From Catajapyx aquilonaris (Eukaryota): DNA of 61,841 nucleotides. Below, in pieces: positions 38,201 to 51,365 of this stretch. The stretch's first letter is position 1. Each line of letters begins with the position of its first letter. A program made the translations under genes and the position numbers. Below the pieces are notes generated by a model. It did no database searches and was not told the origin of the DNA. It saw only the letters and a list, made by a program, of their open reading frames with translations. Location: positions 1 to 61,841 of the forward strand of contig JYFJ02002164.1 in the NCBI GenBank assembly GCA_000934665.2, read 5' to 3'.

Positions 38201-41125
38201 TCAATGCTCTCATGTCCTTGCACCTTGGCATAGGGATTCTCTGGAAAATCACACTTGTAAGCACTTCCTTCAGAAATGAGACACTCAGAAGGGCAGGCCA
38301 TGCAAAAAAGACAGGCAGCTGGAAGGACCAGAGATGTATAGAATGCAGCATAACACAAACCTTTCTTGACCCTTGCATATTGGTGGTTTTTCACTTCCAC
38401 TCTTCCATCTGGTTCTGAGTCACTTGACGGGGTGGGCTCTGGCACCATGGCAGTGCTGCGATTGATTGCCAGTGCTGGAATCTCTGGTGCAGGCCTCTTC
38501 TTGTTTGGGCTTACTTTCTTCTTGCCAGCTTTTCATGCAAGTTTACAAGCCAAGCGGCAAAAAGGCAAAGCAGAGTGGAAGAAGCAAGAGTTAAGACAGG
38601 GAACAGCAGGGAACAATACTCAATGATGAAGAATATCACTTTTGGATGTTATCCTACTCTGCATAAATGTTCAGAAACATGGGAGGAATTGTTCAGTGGC
38701 TATTTAATTCCTCGCTATCACAGTTGTTAAATTATGAAGCATAAGAATCAAAACACTCCTGAATTGATTGCTACCATGTTACTTGACAAGGAACTACTGG
38801 TATTGTTAAGTCTTAAGAGTGTGATGACAAGGTCATGACATCACTTTAAAAAAAGTACTAACCTATAGAATCAGGAGCTTTTTCCTCCACAGTTGCATAC
38901 ACTTCCGATCCAGTAGTAACACTGTTGCAGCGATTGCCAATACTGTCATCATCTAAGTCCGAGGGAATATCTGGCAACTGACGTTGTAGGGTTGATGCCC
39001 TGCAATGGAAAAAATAGTTAAAACCACATCTCAGACATACTTTATTTGCTCGTTCATGAAATATGTGAAAAAAATATTAATGATGTGCTTCTCTTATTAA
39101 ATATGGCCACAAACATGGGTGCAATCTGCATGTAAATAAAACTTGGCTGCATACTGGGATTTGAATCCATAGGGCATTGGTTGAGAGCTCTCCTGCACAT
39201 TAGCACTCCTGAATCACACTATAATGTTCCATGCTAATTTCATAATCCTTTGACCCCTGTAAGACACCTGATATTCAAATTCCAAGAATCCCCCAAAAAT
39301 GGTCGGAAAAATCCAAAGCTGCCTTTTGGAGTACACATTACATGAAAGTGCGACACTCTAGGTTCTGCGCTTCTGCCTTTACACAAATATCCTGATTTCA
39401 TCATCATAGCCATAAAGCAGCAAAACAGTAAAGCAGAAGTAAAAGCCAGTCTCTAAAAAACTTAATGTCTCTCAATACTTAATCCTGTTGTATAAAAACG
39501 GAGTTTAAAAAAGGTAGGTTATAACAGTACTGCAGCACTACAAGCAAACAATGTAAACAAGCAGATTCAATATCAGAGAAGCAGCTGATAAGAACTGCCA
39601 TAACATTGTAGGTTAAAATAATATTGTCACATAAAAAGCAACATTTACTGGGACAAAAGGACAGAAAAAAACTGCACCTGTCATTGTCGTCTGCATGATC
39701 CAGGTGGACAGGTGCTGCTCCATTCTCTTTGGGAATGGCCTGTGACTGGCCAGCAATTACAAGCGGAGCATCGGGATTGGTTAGGGTCATTTTGCCTTCT
39801 ACGCCAAACAGCTCTTCCCTACAGAAAGCAAAAGACAAGGCTTCCATTTTTTAAAATGGTTTCTTGCATCTTCTTTTCAGCCAGGCTTTGCATGAGCATG
39901 AACCAAACTCATAACAAATAGTATGCTAATTAGGAACGTGCACTTATTGGCTCTATGCGTGATTTATTATAATGCCAAGTCAAAGAATGACTCATCTCTC
40001 TCAGTAAGGTAGATTGAAATTTAACTGCGGATGAGCACACTTTCTTCAGGTTGACATAAACTATACTCCATATTTGTCTGTCATTACATTAGAACCTTGG
40101 CATGATCATAGCCTGAGCAAAAATCAAATGTTGCATATACGGTAAATGATTGGAAGTTATTCTTACAGTTAGTGTGTAATGCCTTTGGTTGATGTTGTAG
40201 GCAAATGACATTATAGGTCATGGAATACTGATTGTTCATCTTTATATCCTCTGCGTGCACTTGACCAGTCACCAGAGGATTAATATAATATATTTGTAAT
40301 CTGAGATGGCTATGTGTTTCATTCACCTGATCATTGCTGCCTACCCCAGAACGAGATAATGACATGAGAAAATGAATGAACGATTAATCACCTGATTGTG
40401 ACGCACACACAAAATGGTTTCATTAGAATATCTAAAAATCTGTACCAAGAGTAACACAGCTTAAATGTCAATTTCAACACAAGTCATGTATGACTTCTTA
40501 TACAGTATGAGTTGTTTCAAAAAAATGGTATTTTTTGCATTAAAATATGAAACAGGTGATAAATTCAATTGACGAACAAAAATGTCCTGAGATATGTTCA
40601 AATGTAATAGCTTATCTCACCTATATTAATTTCACTAAGTAGGTCATTCAGGTTTCCACTGCTTAAATTATTAGTATTTAATTTGGCAAAAAACCTTTAA
40701 GCTTTTCAAATTTCCATCCATATTCATAATTTTCTACATTTATTGAAGTTCCCGAAGAAAAATATAAAACACTAATGCTCAAACATGACCAACTAATTTG
40801 TGCCACTTAAGTGAATCATTAACTTTTAAAATGATATGTTAAGACACAAAACACACAAATTCAGAGTTGTGCTAACTGGGTATAGAGCACCATGCCTCTG
40901 TGACATGCACGACCACCTTACTTAGCCTTGTAAGCACCTAAAAGCTATGTTGATTAATTAGCACATGCCTATACATTTGAAACTACCAAGCGCATCTTAC
41001 TTGGGAGAGGCCTTCCGACAGACAGCAGGCAGGCAGACAAGTGCAACCATCAATAGTAGGACGGCAGCACTGCCACCAACAGCCACCAACATCCATGAAG
41101 CAGGCAGCCCTAACACAGACCACAT
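35283..41125 (-). CDS. Uncharacterised type-III transmembrane adaptor with many tyrosine motifs (PAG1/Cbp-like)
   Basis: Phase-consistent exons starting 41125-41001 (MWSVLGLPASWMLVAVGGSAAVLLLMVALVCLPAVCRK), then ~39818-39678, 39000-38863 (RQLPDIP...EVYATV), ~38529-38361, 38240-38142, 37535-37059, 36958-36671 and 36465-35283. No folded domain is recognisable. Confidence 0.8.
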
Positions 41126-42399
41126 TTCCCCAGAAGGAAGGTTCCTGGGCAATGGATCATATCAGGCCCTTTCTGTGTCCTCTCATGTCTTCAACCTGAG
41201 TAAATGACAGACCTGTGGGTATGGTTTTTAAAAGACATTTAGTCACTTGCTTCAATAGTTACAATTGATAAACCATATAGTGCACCTCAATCAACATTAA
41301 TACAGCTTTGGGGCATGTGTACCATGGTAAATGGATGCTTAGCCACAAGTTGGCTATCGCAGAGGGTAATTTCCGAGTTCCATGGAAATTTTCAGTAGCC
41401 AAAATGTCAGGTCAGAAAACCAGACCTGGATGCCTTCGGTTTCAAGAAAAGGCTGGACAGGCATAATTTTGGATGCCATGGTTTGTTTTCTCATGAACTT
41501 CTCTAACCTCCTCCTACAAAGGGCACAGAACCCTGCTATTTTTATTTCTGACCATTAAAACATTCCATGGACCTCAGGTATGATTACATTAGATGGCCAA
41601 ACACCCATTCATTATGAAAATGAATGCTAGAAGTTGATATTTTAACACATGGCCAAAGATGCTCAAAAAAATATGATCCTGACTTTGGGGCATCCACAGC
41701 ATTTTCCCCAAGGCATGTCTGAAACAGTATTAGCAGATTAAAAACTTATTATGAAAGAAATTGAATGTCAAACTATGGGCAAAAGCAACTCATATGTGGG
41801 GCAATATGGTAATGCATCTACGTCTAGAAACAAGGTAGAAAAAATGGTATCTCCCTACGTGGATGCACATTCTGGGAGCAATAACTGGATTCTTCCAGGC
41901 ATGACAGGCTTGAAGAACACACTTACTAACCTCTGGACCGCTGCACCAACTTAACAACAACCTGCACAATATTCACACATCACTTTGCTTTCTGACAGTT
42001 GGCATAACAGATTCTTGTTTCAGGTCTCAGTAATATTCTGGGCCACAAAATGGGGCACTAATGCTGCACTGGAATGATTCTGTTACACATGATACATCAT
42101 GCTTAAATTATTGACTGCCCTTCGCGGCCCTTCGTAACGCAAGGTTACGCAATGTCAGGTTTAGCCTTGTCACTAGCCTGGGGCTAAGTACTAACATGCT
42201 CGGAATGGGGAAAGAACCAACACTGTTCAACTTGGTTCAACCCCCCCCCCCCCCCCCCCCCCCANAAAAAACGTAGGCTGTCAGCTTCTCCATGTCATGT
42301 ACTCCTCGAGACAGCGTTGCCTAAAAAAATGAGGCAGTCCTGCCAATAATCCCACCCTGAGCAATGGCAAGGCAAGGTCAGAGAGTGTGGTTTAATGGT

Positions 42400-43260
42400 G
42401 ACAAGGCGATTACCATGGCGCTGATTGTCCCCTCGCTTGTCCTCCGTTTGGCAGCCCCGAGTGTCAGGCAGTCAGTGGGCGGTGAGCATCACCAGGGCCA
42501 TCGACTCTGCCATCTTGGCCGGATGTAAATACGGGCCACCACGGTCCCTGATCTCGGATGAGAGAGAGAGGACTCCAGGGGCCGTATCCTGGAGGGCGGA
42601 CTGGCAGGCAGGGCAGGAAGCGGAAGCTGCGGCGTGCGGGCGGCGGTGTTTGTGGCCGGCCGGGTAAAAGGTACTCTCGACACACAGTCACACACCTTAA
42701 TTGGCGCCCACCACTCCGCCTCGCCCAGCGCAACGCCGCAACCCAACACAAGCAGACGCCCAGAGGTGACTGATTTTTTTTTATGCATACACTTTTCCTC
42801 CTCTTCCCCGCCCGCACTCCTTCCCCCTTTTTTTTTATGACAGCGAAAAAAAATCGCGTGCGAATTCCGGCCAGAGATGGCGCCAGAGTGAGAAAAGCGC
42901 GTCCGAATTTAGGAACTTGTCATTAAACTTTAATTGAGTATAATCAAGCATGATAGCTGTTAATAGCCCAGTATAAAATGTGGATGTGGCTTGATATGCA
43001 GGTTTTTGTATGCGGAAGTAAATTGGGTTGGCGTACCCGAAACTGCGCTACATGGTAAAATGTGGCAGATTGTTTGAACCGGGTTTAAATCGTAGGTTTG
43101 GCTCTGGACTGACGTGTAGGGGCGAGCACATGTGGATCTGTTGACGTCCGTCTCATCCTGGGAGAAAAAGGAAGGCTCATTGCTCTCACCTTGCGCAACA
43201 GCCAGGGAGAAAAAAATAGGGGGAAGAAAAATTCCTTTGCTGTGCATGCTGTTGTTGTAG
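42400..43260. promoter_or_regulatory. CpG-rich promoter/first-exon region between the adaptor gene (-) and PMVK (+)
   Basis: Locally CpG-dense, with YY1-like GCCATCTT (~42509) and AGATGGCG (~42875), and a minus-strand splice donor at ~42413. Confidence 0.5.
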
Positions 43261-43893
43261 ACCTTGACGCATGTGAAGAAACCTCGTTTCGCAAGGGAAG
43301 GGGAAAAAAGAGGGGTTAACAAAAGAGGGGTCTTCCCCTGTGGCACTGCATCATTTGCACTTGTGTGACGACAATCACTACATCAGTGCGGCATCGTTAC
43401 AGCATCTGGTAACTAATAGCTAGGTCTATGTGGAGTAATAGCAAAATAGCATTCACATAACTGCTTATCGGTGGTTGGTTAGTTAGCAGGTTAGTTGTGT
43501 AATTGTATTAGCATATAATTATGGACAAGAACATACTGGTAAGACAGGTATTATTTTGTCAGATATTTTTGGATCATTATCAGAAATATTTTCAAGCATT
43601 ATTGTGTTATGATGTGTGGTAATGCCATTTCAAGTTGTACAATTTAGTTATCATTCTTTCAAATCGTGGTACGATAAGCGTAATCAGACGCTACAATAAA
43701 TTGAAATTATTTCAAACATGAAGGGAACTCAAGCATCAAAGTGCACGAGTGTTACAGTATTATTGGATAGTGTTAACTCTAGCACTGTATATTCAAAATG
43801 TGAACTACTGACCACAGTATAACCCAGCTCTATTCTGCAAAAGGTTTACACACTGAACAGGTTTCCATAGTATGGGACATATTCCGTGCTAAT

Positions 43894-44248
43894 GGGGAGG
43901 TGTAGATGGCCAAGATGGTAACGTCTCGGCTTGCTGAGTGAAAGGCCCCAGGTTCGATCCCCGCCTGGGGAACTTTCCTTTCACCTGCGTCAGGAGGGTC
44001 TCTGACCTGCACCAAGGAGGTGTCTGGCAACCTAACCTCCTGGGGAACAGCACATGACCCCTTTACCGACATTGCACTTGCACCAATGTTCCCTCCCCAA
44101 AAATCCCTATCCCTACCATACATCCTTGACTCCTTGCACCGGTGAATGAAGATAATAGGAAAAAATGGAGTGAAATGGTGGTATTCCACCCCCCTAAAAA
44201 GGCTCCGCCTTATCACAGGGTAACGTAAAAAATATATAAATAAAAAAA
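43894..44248 (+). mobile_element. Full-length tRNA-derived SINE with 15-bp target-site duplication
   Basis: A box TGGCCAAGATGG, B box GGTTCGATCCC, A-rich tail, and flanking direct repeat ATATTCCGTGCTAAT at 43879-43893 and 44249-44263. Confidence 0.92.
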
Positions 44249-44704
44249 ATATTCCGTGCTAATAACAAACAAAAGTGCAGCAAAGAACAAGACTCCCTGT
44301 GAGTCCAAGGTCTGTTTTAGTCAGATTTCACTGTATACAGAGCTACATTGCACAGGAGTGAAAAGAAAAACACAATTCCTATTGCAAGCATTGAATGAGT
44401 TTACTGGAAAACTGGTGCCACCTCTCCTACTACAATGTCCATATACAGCACTTCACTGTCCTCCCACTGGAAAACGCCTCATCTACATAATGAAATATGG
44501 TCATGTTTTCTTTTGAGTTGTCAAGCCCAAGGGTCCTTATCACAATGTGCAAATACATTCTGCAGTAGGGAAGTGGTATATATCAAGATACACACTTATG
44601 AATACTTGCATTAGACTATAGTATCAGCACTTTTTGCGGGAACCTTTGAAGTTGAGTCATCATCAGCTTGGCTGCAGTAGTACATGGATGCACAAACCAT
44701 AATT

Positions 44705-45187
44705 ATACGTGGGGTGTCTACAAAGTTCAGTGAATGTTAAAATAAAAGCAACAAAACAAAAGGTACAGTATAGGAATTACCTTTATTGGCCTTCAAAGTG
44801 CTCTCCATCATATGCAACACACTTTTTAAACCGTTCAGAAACTTCAGACGTTTTCAAAAGTGTGTCGTGTCTGCTGGAGATCCCTTTGAAGGCCAATAAA
44901 GGTAATTCCTATGTACCCCCGCAAGCATAAAGATGGAGACGGCCGGCCCTTTTTTGACCTTTCTTTATCCGACTCAAATTAATGAACTCTTTTTGGATCG
45001 AGTTAGCTGCTTCAGGCGTGTGTTCGTGTATTTATGTCAATATATTTTGATACCGTAATAGCTGAGATTGGCAGAGCAGCCTGCCGAAGGTGAGGGCTTG
45101 CCGTCTCCATCTTTATGCTCGCAGGTGTACCTGCCGTTTTGTTGCTTTTATTGCAGCATTCACAACACTTTTCAGACACACCACGTA
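44705..45187. mobile_element. Degenerate mariner-like non-autonomous element
   Basis: TA-bounded inverted termini tacgtggggtgtctacaaag / cttttcagacacaccacgta, plus an internal inverted block (ggaattacctttattggccttcaaag / ctttgaaggccaataaaggtaattcc). Confidence 0.6.
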
Positions 45188-45563
45188 TTGTCACATGTTT
45201 GAAACAGCAGTAAAGTTCTAGATCTGAATTGCATTCCTAAGGAGTGCTATACTGCGATGGTCTCTACTACTCATGGTTTCCCTTATCAAAATAACCACGG
45301 AATTCGAAATCCCTGATGTTCTTCTTAACGTATCCAAACCTCTTTTACCAAGACCTGCTCATTTCAGCCTCCAGATCAACAACATAGCACAACTGAATTT
45401 TCCCTAGAGACAATATAATCATAAACAACATCCTGTACTTCCAACTACCAACACACTTCAAAAAGACTGGACCAAGATGTCCCACGTAATGCTGCCCATA
45501 GACAGGCAGGCTCCATGCCAATTTGCCAGCTTCCAACCATTTTGTCTTTTCCAGATTGGCCTG

Positions 45564-46355
45564 ATGTCATCCCCAACGTGCATTCTGCTCTTCACAGGCA
45601 AGAGGAAGTCTGGCAAGGACTACGTAACTGACCTCCTCCACTCCAAGCTCCTTGGCCCTGACATCAAACTTTCCCCAATAATTCGACTGTCAGCCCCAAT
45701 AAAACTCCATTGGGCACGTACCCATTCACTGGACTATGACCTGCTGCTGAGTGATGGTCCCTACAAGGAACTCCATCGGAAGGGTATGGTTGAGTGGGGT
45801 GTTCAAATGAGGAATGAGGATCCAGGATACTTCTGCAGGGCAGCTATTGAGATGAGCAATGCCTCACCAGGGGCGGTATGGAATATTTTCACCCCAGTTG
45901 TTTATAAGATAGCAGTTGGCTCAAAATATAAGAGCATTAGCATGACCACTTTTGAATGCATCCCTTTTATCTATGTATCAATACAGTATTCAGCAATATT
46001 ATTTTCACTGTAGCATAAGCATATCTTCTTATGTGATGTGCGAATTTCAAAGTGCTTGCCTTTCTTTTCTCACTAGGTCTGGATAGTTAGCGATTCCCGA
46101 TACAGGTCAGACCTGAAATGGTTTGGGGAAGCATATCCAGGGAAGGTGAAGACGGTGCGGGTGGTTGCTGATGATGAGGTGAGGAAGAACAGGGGCTGGG
46201 TGTGGACTGACGGCATAGATGATGTTCCTTCTGAATGTGACCTGGATGGACATCAAGGCTGGAACTTTGTGGTCAAGAATGAAGGGACAGAGGAGGAGTT
46301 GAAGAAAGCATTGCAGCCAATTGTGGAGTGGGTGAGGGAGATGGCAAAGAAGTGA
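45564..46355 (+). CDS. PMVK: Phosphomevalonate kinase (animal type)
   Basis: LLFTGKRKSGKDYVTD P-loop, IRLSAPIK, YKELHRKGMVEWG...RNEDPGYFCR, VWIVSDSR and RGWVWTDGIDDVPSECDLD. Two exons, 45564-45874 and 46077-46355. Confidence 0.95.
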
Positions 46356-47254
46356 AGGAACTGTCCAAGATATGGCTGGCTAGTTACTGCTAACAGTTCA
46401 TCTAGTTTGGTATTTTTGGTGGAGGCAAAGCAGCGAATTCACTGTTGTTGGGAGTGACAATGATATTAGCATACATGGGAATAGTTTGTGTTGTGATATT
46501 TACTTTGGTGTGGATGGGACTACTGACCAACAAAAATATATCCAGCACACCATATTCTTTATGTTGGAAGTTAATTATTTTACTTGTCTTATTTGTACTG
46601 AATTTCAGTTGTAGAATGCTGCAATAAAGCAGGTATATTTTGAAATGAGTCTTCAACCTTGTCCTTGTCATAGAACCCATTTGTTTTCCACAAGCTGCCA
46701 GAACCCTGAACATTCCCCGTCATCTTCCAAAGGTACCACTGTAACTGTAACTAACAAGTAATTTCCAAAAATTGAAAACAGCAATCACAATGGCGCAGGT
46801 CTTATTCCAAGTCTTGGGAAGTTCATCTGGGTCACCTTTTAGCACTCAGATCATGGTCCAAATCTTTTACCAAGTAGTGACCTTTACTTGTGTTGCTACC
46901 TCCAGGAAATCTTAAGCCAGTGCCTATGGGGTGACCCAGAGGTGAATGAATAGGCATGGTCGCAAGAGTGCTTGATATTCGCTTGCATAATATCCTCCCA
47001 CAATTCGAAAAATGGCCCCTTCTCTTTATCACCATTCGTTTCTACACCTCTGGCTTCGTCTCGGGTGGTATTTCCACAGACTAAACCACCCGGGGGAGTT
47101 CACTAAAAATTTCCACGTTTAAGACATTGCACTGCACCTTGCACATCCCCTCCTGTCATGGGCCCGGGCGTTACGTATAGAGGTTCCAATATATGTACCA
47201 GACATAAATAAAGGTCCGTGCTATATACCTCTGATGAGGTCAAGCACTACCCGG

Positions 47255-47257
<3 letters not shown>

Positions 47258-47302
<45 letters not shown>

Positions 47303-47323
47303 TATTATTATTATTATTATTAT
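47258..47323. repeat. (AAT)n-(TAT)n microsatellite, self-complementary
   Basis: A run of aat repeats is followed directly by tat/att repeats. Confidence 0.9.
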
Positions 47324-47708
47324 TCGTTTCTAAATGTAAATGAGACCAGCTTCAATAAAACTCAGACTTCAGCTTCCACTGTTGCCTTGATAGACTTTTC
47401 ATGCCACTGGGACTGTCACGGAACTTGAATGGGGGGAAAAAATGTGCCCATAGCGGCCCATAGCTTGTGTCTTAATTGTTTTTATTCCAATTAGTTCATG
47501 AATGAAGAATCTTATTTCTTCAACTCATTATACTTGAACAAGTAGTTTGGAGTAGTATAGTTTAAAGCAACACACATAGGGGCATAGGATTAGCGGTAAA
47601 AAATTAAGACAGATTTTGTGAGGAACTGAAAAGATGGGGAACCATGGCTGGTGACCATAAATTAATGAGGCATGTCAAAGTGCGGGCAATACTTCATAGT
47701 GATGGTCA

Positions 47709-50700
47709 TCAGTCATCCAGCTCTCCATGCTCATATGCATTCTGATAGCCGCGCTCATCTTTCCTCTCTGGGTCCAGCTTGATCATGTCGTCTATGCGCA
47801 GGATGGTGATGGCAGCCTCAGTTGCAAACTTGAGACTCTTAATCTTGGACATCATGGGTTCCAGGACACCAGCTTTGCGATTATCACGGACAGTGCCTTC
47901 AGACAGGTCCAGTCCAACCCTGATACAAAAGGAGACATTAACCCAAGTCCTAAATACATGGAAGTTCTTAAAAAACAACCCTGATAGCCACTCACCACTT
48001 AAGCTGTGCATGATCAACCTTAGTCTGGCTGGAGTTGTGGTATGCCCTAAGCTTAGCTACAAGATCTGTGGCATCCTGTGCTGCATTGACTGCCAGAGTC
48101 TTTGGGATGACCAACAAGGAGCGGGCATATTCTGCAATAGCCAGCTGTTCCCTTGAGCTTAGGGAAGTGGCGAAGTTTTCCAAATAAATGGACAAGGCAG
48201 CTTCCACAGCCCCTCCCCCTGCTACCACCTGACGGCTCTCCAACACCCGCTTCACAACACACAGGGCATCATGCACTGATCGCTCCATCTCATCACAGTA
48301 GAAATCATTTGGGCCACGCAAAATAATTGATGCTGCTGTACGAGCACGAGGGTCCTTGATCAGGATCAGTTCATCATCTGAGATACGCTCCTGGACCACT
48401 TCAGCTGCCTCACCTAGTAAAAACAATTTCATTGTCATCATAGCTCTGCATATTGCAACCTTTCATGTTGCCCCTTAGGAAATGACACGAATTTTCATAG
48501 CACCTTATGAGTAACAAGATCAAACAAGAGGCATAACTTCTCAATTTCTCCCAAGCCTAAAAATTACAATTCCAAAAACTAATTATTTTCACAATAATTA
48601 CTGGCACCCTAGGTGAATCCTTACCTAAGAGAGAGGCCTCAAAGCTCTCTTCCCCCTCCATGTTAGCCAGCGACTGAACAAAGGTGGCTCCAGTTGCCTT
48701 GGCAATGCGCTTGAGGTCTTGTTTCCTACAGCGCCTGACAGCCATGGCACCAGCCTCCACAAAATACTTCAGGCACAAGTCATCTATCCCACCAGTGGTT
48801 AGCACAACATTTGCTCCAGCATTAAGGATTTTCTGGATTCGCTCCTTCGTGATGTCCATCTCTCGCTGGCGGATTGCCTCCAGCTTCTCAGGATCTGTTA
48901 TCAGCACCTGATGAAACATAAAAGGAATTCAGTGTGACTGCTGCATATGAGGTGACCCAGGACTACCAGAAACTCAAGGAGTAATTGACTATCTAAACTT
49001 TATGTTACTTGATGGATTTACCTGTACTCCCAGCTTCATTTTTGCCTTCTGGAGAGAGAAGTCAATGCAGGCAACCTTAGCATTCACTATCTTCTTGTGC
49101 ATCTGTTGCGAAGCCACAGTGCAGTTCAGAGCATATCCATGCACCAGGATGCTTTCCCGAGCACTTCGGCCATGGGCTTTCAACACATTCACAGCCTTGA
49201 TTGGGTACAGGTGGCTTCCTTTTCCATCATTGATTTTCACAGCCTGGGCTGCATCCACAACCATATTTGCAAAAAAGTCTGAATCACTGAAATTCAAGTT
49301 AAGGGAAAGCCCAGCACTAGGATATTCTTTGTTATTGAGAAGATCATATGAAGCACCCCACAAGGATCTCTTGGATGCACATGTGGGTGCAACAATGCCA
49401 GTCACCAGCATTTGAATGGTGTGGGCGTACATGACTTCATGATTTGGGTGTAAATTTTGAGCAACGACTACGCATCATAAGCCACTGGGATCTTCACTTC
49501 CCTACACTGTTTTTCCCCAAGGAATCTCATTACGTGAAGCTTGTGCATCATTTACCAATCACCCTGTGTGATGGCAGAAAACAATATTATCCCCTGATAG
49601 AGCTACGGTTGAGCCAAACTAAGCAATTTATCTAACAACTTTAACACCATACTATAGGACTCTTTCAAAATGGCTCAATGAATCCTGAATGTAATGATTC
49701 CCACAGGTACTGCATTCAGTCCAAAGGATACGCTCCAATCAGCTTGCTGGACATGGCAGTCTTGGCCACATTGACCAAAGCATCCTTACCAAGTTCCTCC
49801 ACACTGACAGTCAAGTGCTCCTGAATGTATTTGCAAGCCTCCCTGGAAACAAAATGCAAGATGCAAAAAACCAGTTCACCAAAAATCTTTTAACTGTCCA
49901 TACTTGCATGCCAAGCGGTATCCACTGATAATTGAGGTAGGGTGGATCTTCTGCTTCACCAGCTCATCTGCGTTCCTCAGCAACTCTGCAGCAACTATGA
50001 CAACAGAGGTGGTACCATCTCCCACCTCCTCATCCTGCAGCTGCGCAAGCTCTACCAGGACCTTGGCAGCTGGATGTTCTACCTCCAACAAGCGAAGGAT
50101 TGTGGCTCCATCGTTTGTCACGGTCACATCCTGTGAATGTTCTGGTCATTAGCCTTTACACTTCTGACAGGTGACATTGTCGACGCGAACTGCATTGGAT
50201 ATTCTGCTGAAAATCTCCACTGCTAGTTTTTATGCTACACACTTAAGTTTTTTTTGGAAGACCCCATCAAAGCAGATGATCTGGGGGACAACAATCTGTT
50301 CAATATTGTACAATTTGTGGAGTTCTCGCATGGAATATAACACCCACTCAAAATGGGGTGCTTAAAAATGAGTCATTTGCCACACCCCATGTTCCAACCA
50401 GCCTACCCCAATGTCGTCCACAAGCATCTTGTCCAGTCCCACAGGCCCCAGGGAGCTCTTGACAATGTTGGAGATGGAGCATGCTGCCGTCACTGTAGGA
50501 AGAAGGGAGCGGTCATTAGATAATGGAACATTCTAGAGGTGATTGGGGCTGAAAGGTAGACGACGGAGACGCCTAGGCCTGGCCGCCCACATGGCCCGAC
50601 ACGCCTTCCGGCTCCTCTCCTCTTTTTGCGACCGGGCCAAACATTCAGACACCCGCCACTTACCGTTCTGTGAGCGGACGGTAGCCCCAGTGGTCCTGGT

Positions 50701-50736
50701 CCCCCCTACGTTGAGTGCGGCCGCGATTGTCGACAT
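47709..50736 (-). CDS. TCP1: T-complex protein 1 subunit alpha (CCT1)
   Basis: [80 protein letters not shown] and [19 protein letters not shown]. Confidence 0.97.
49287..49731 (-). other. U12-type (minor spliceosome) GT-AG intron of TCP1
   Basis: 5' splice site GTATCCTTT and branch site TTCCCTTAAC about 12 nt before the CAG. Splicing restores IGA|DSDFFA. Confidence 0.88.
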
Positions 50737-51365
50737 CCTCGGCTGGATTATGCAAACAAACACAAGAACAAACTACACCTCCAACCTACACCGGAATCAA
50801 AAAGGAAGGGAGAAGCACACAAGAAAGAAAGGAACTCATTCCGTGGAGCCACGCTAGAGGCGCCACAAGCACAGAATATGCCAGAAGGAACTTTCTCACT
50901 TTGTTTAACCCCTGATTATAATTTAGCAACAATATTTTTGCTGTATCAGTTAGTTTACAAATGTAAATTCGCATAAATTTGTGTTCAGCAGTGGATGCGT
51001 ACCATCTGTCGTCTAGATGCGAAAGTGCGTGCAGCTGCCACCTGCCCCCAGCTGATTGAACCTCCATCCTTGTTATGATTTACTATTTACCAAGGGTGAT
51101 TAGGCGCAGGCAAAGCAAGGCTGATTCATGGTGGCAGACGGCGACATTATCAATATCCCTGGTGCTGCCCTGCTGTTGACCCGGGTGCCTTTCTACGCAG
51201 CTGCCCAGTGAGGACCAGCATTGGAGGCGATTGTCTGCAGCTGGCTGTAAGACCCACTTAATGATCTTGAAGGTTGGCACTGCTGCCACTAATACCATGA
51301 ATGTGTCACACTGCTCACATGATTGATAATAAGCCGCAGCCTGGTGTTGCTCTCTCTCTGCAGGG

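Noticed and set aside
42241..42270. Poly-C tract as a G-quadruplex element
   Set aside because: It contains an N and is a homopolymer, so length and sequence are unreliable.
43894..43970. Functional tRNA gene
   Set aside because: It has A and B boxes but no proper cloverleaf, and continues into a SINE body with A-tail and TSD.
47231..47260. CTGATGAG as a hammerhead ribozyme core
   Set aside because: No stem II followed by GAAA and no matching stems I/III. Other CTGATGA hits failed in the same way.
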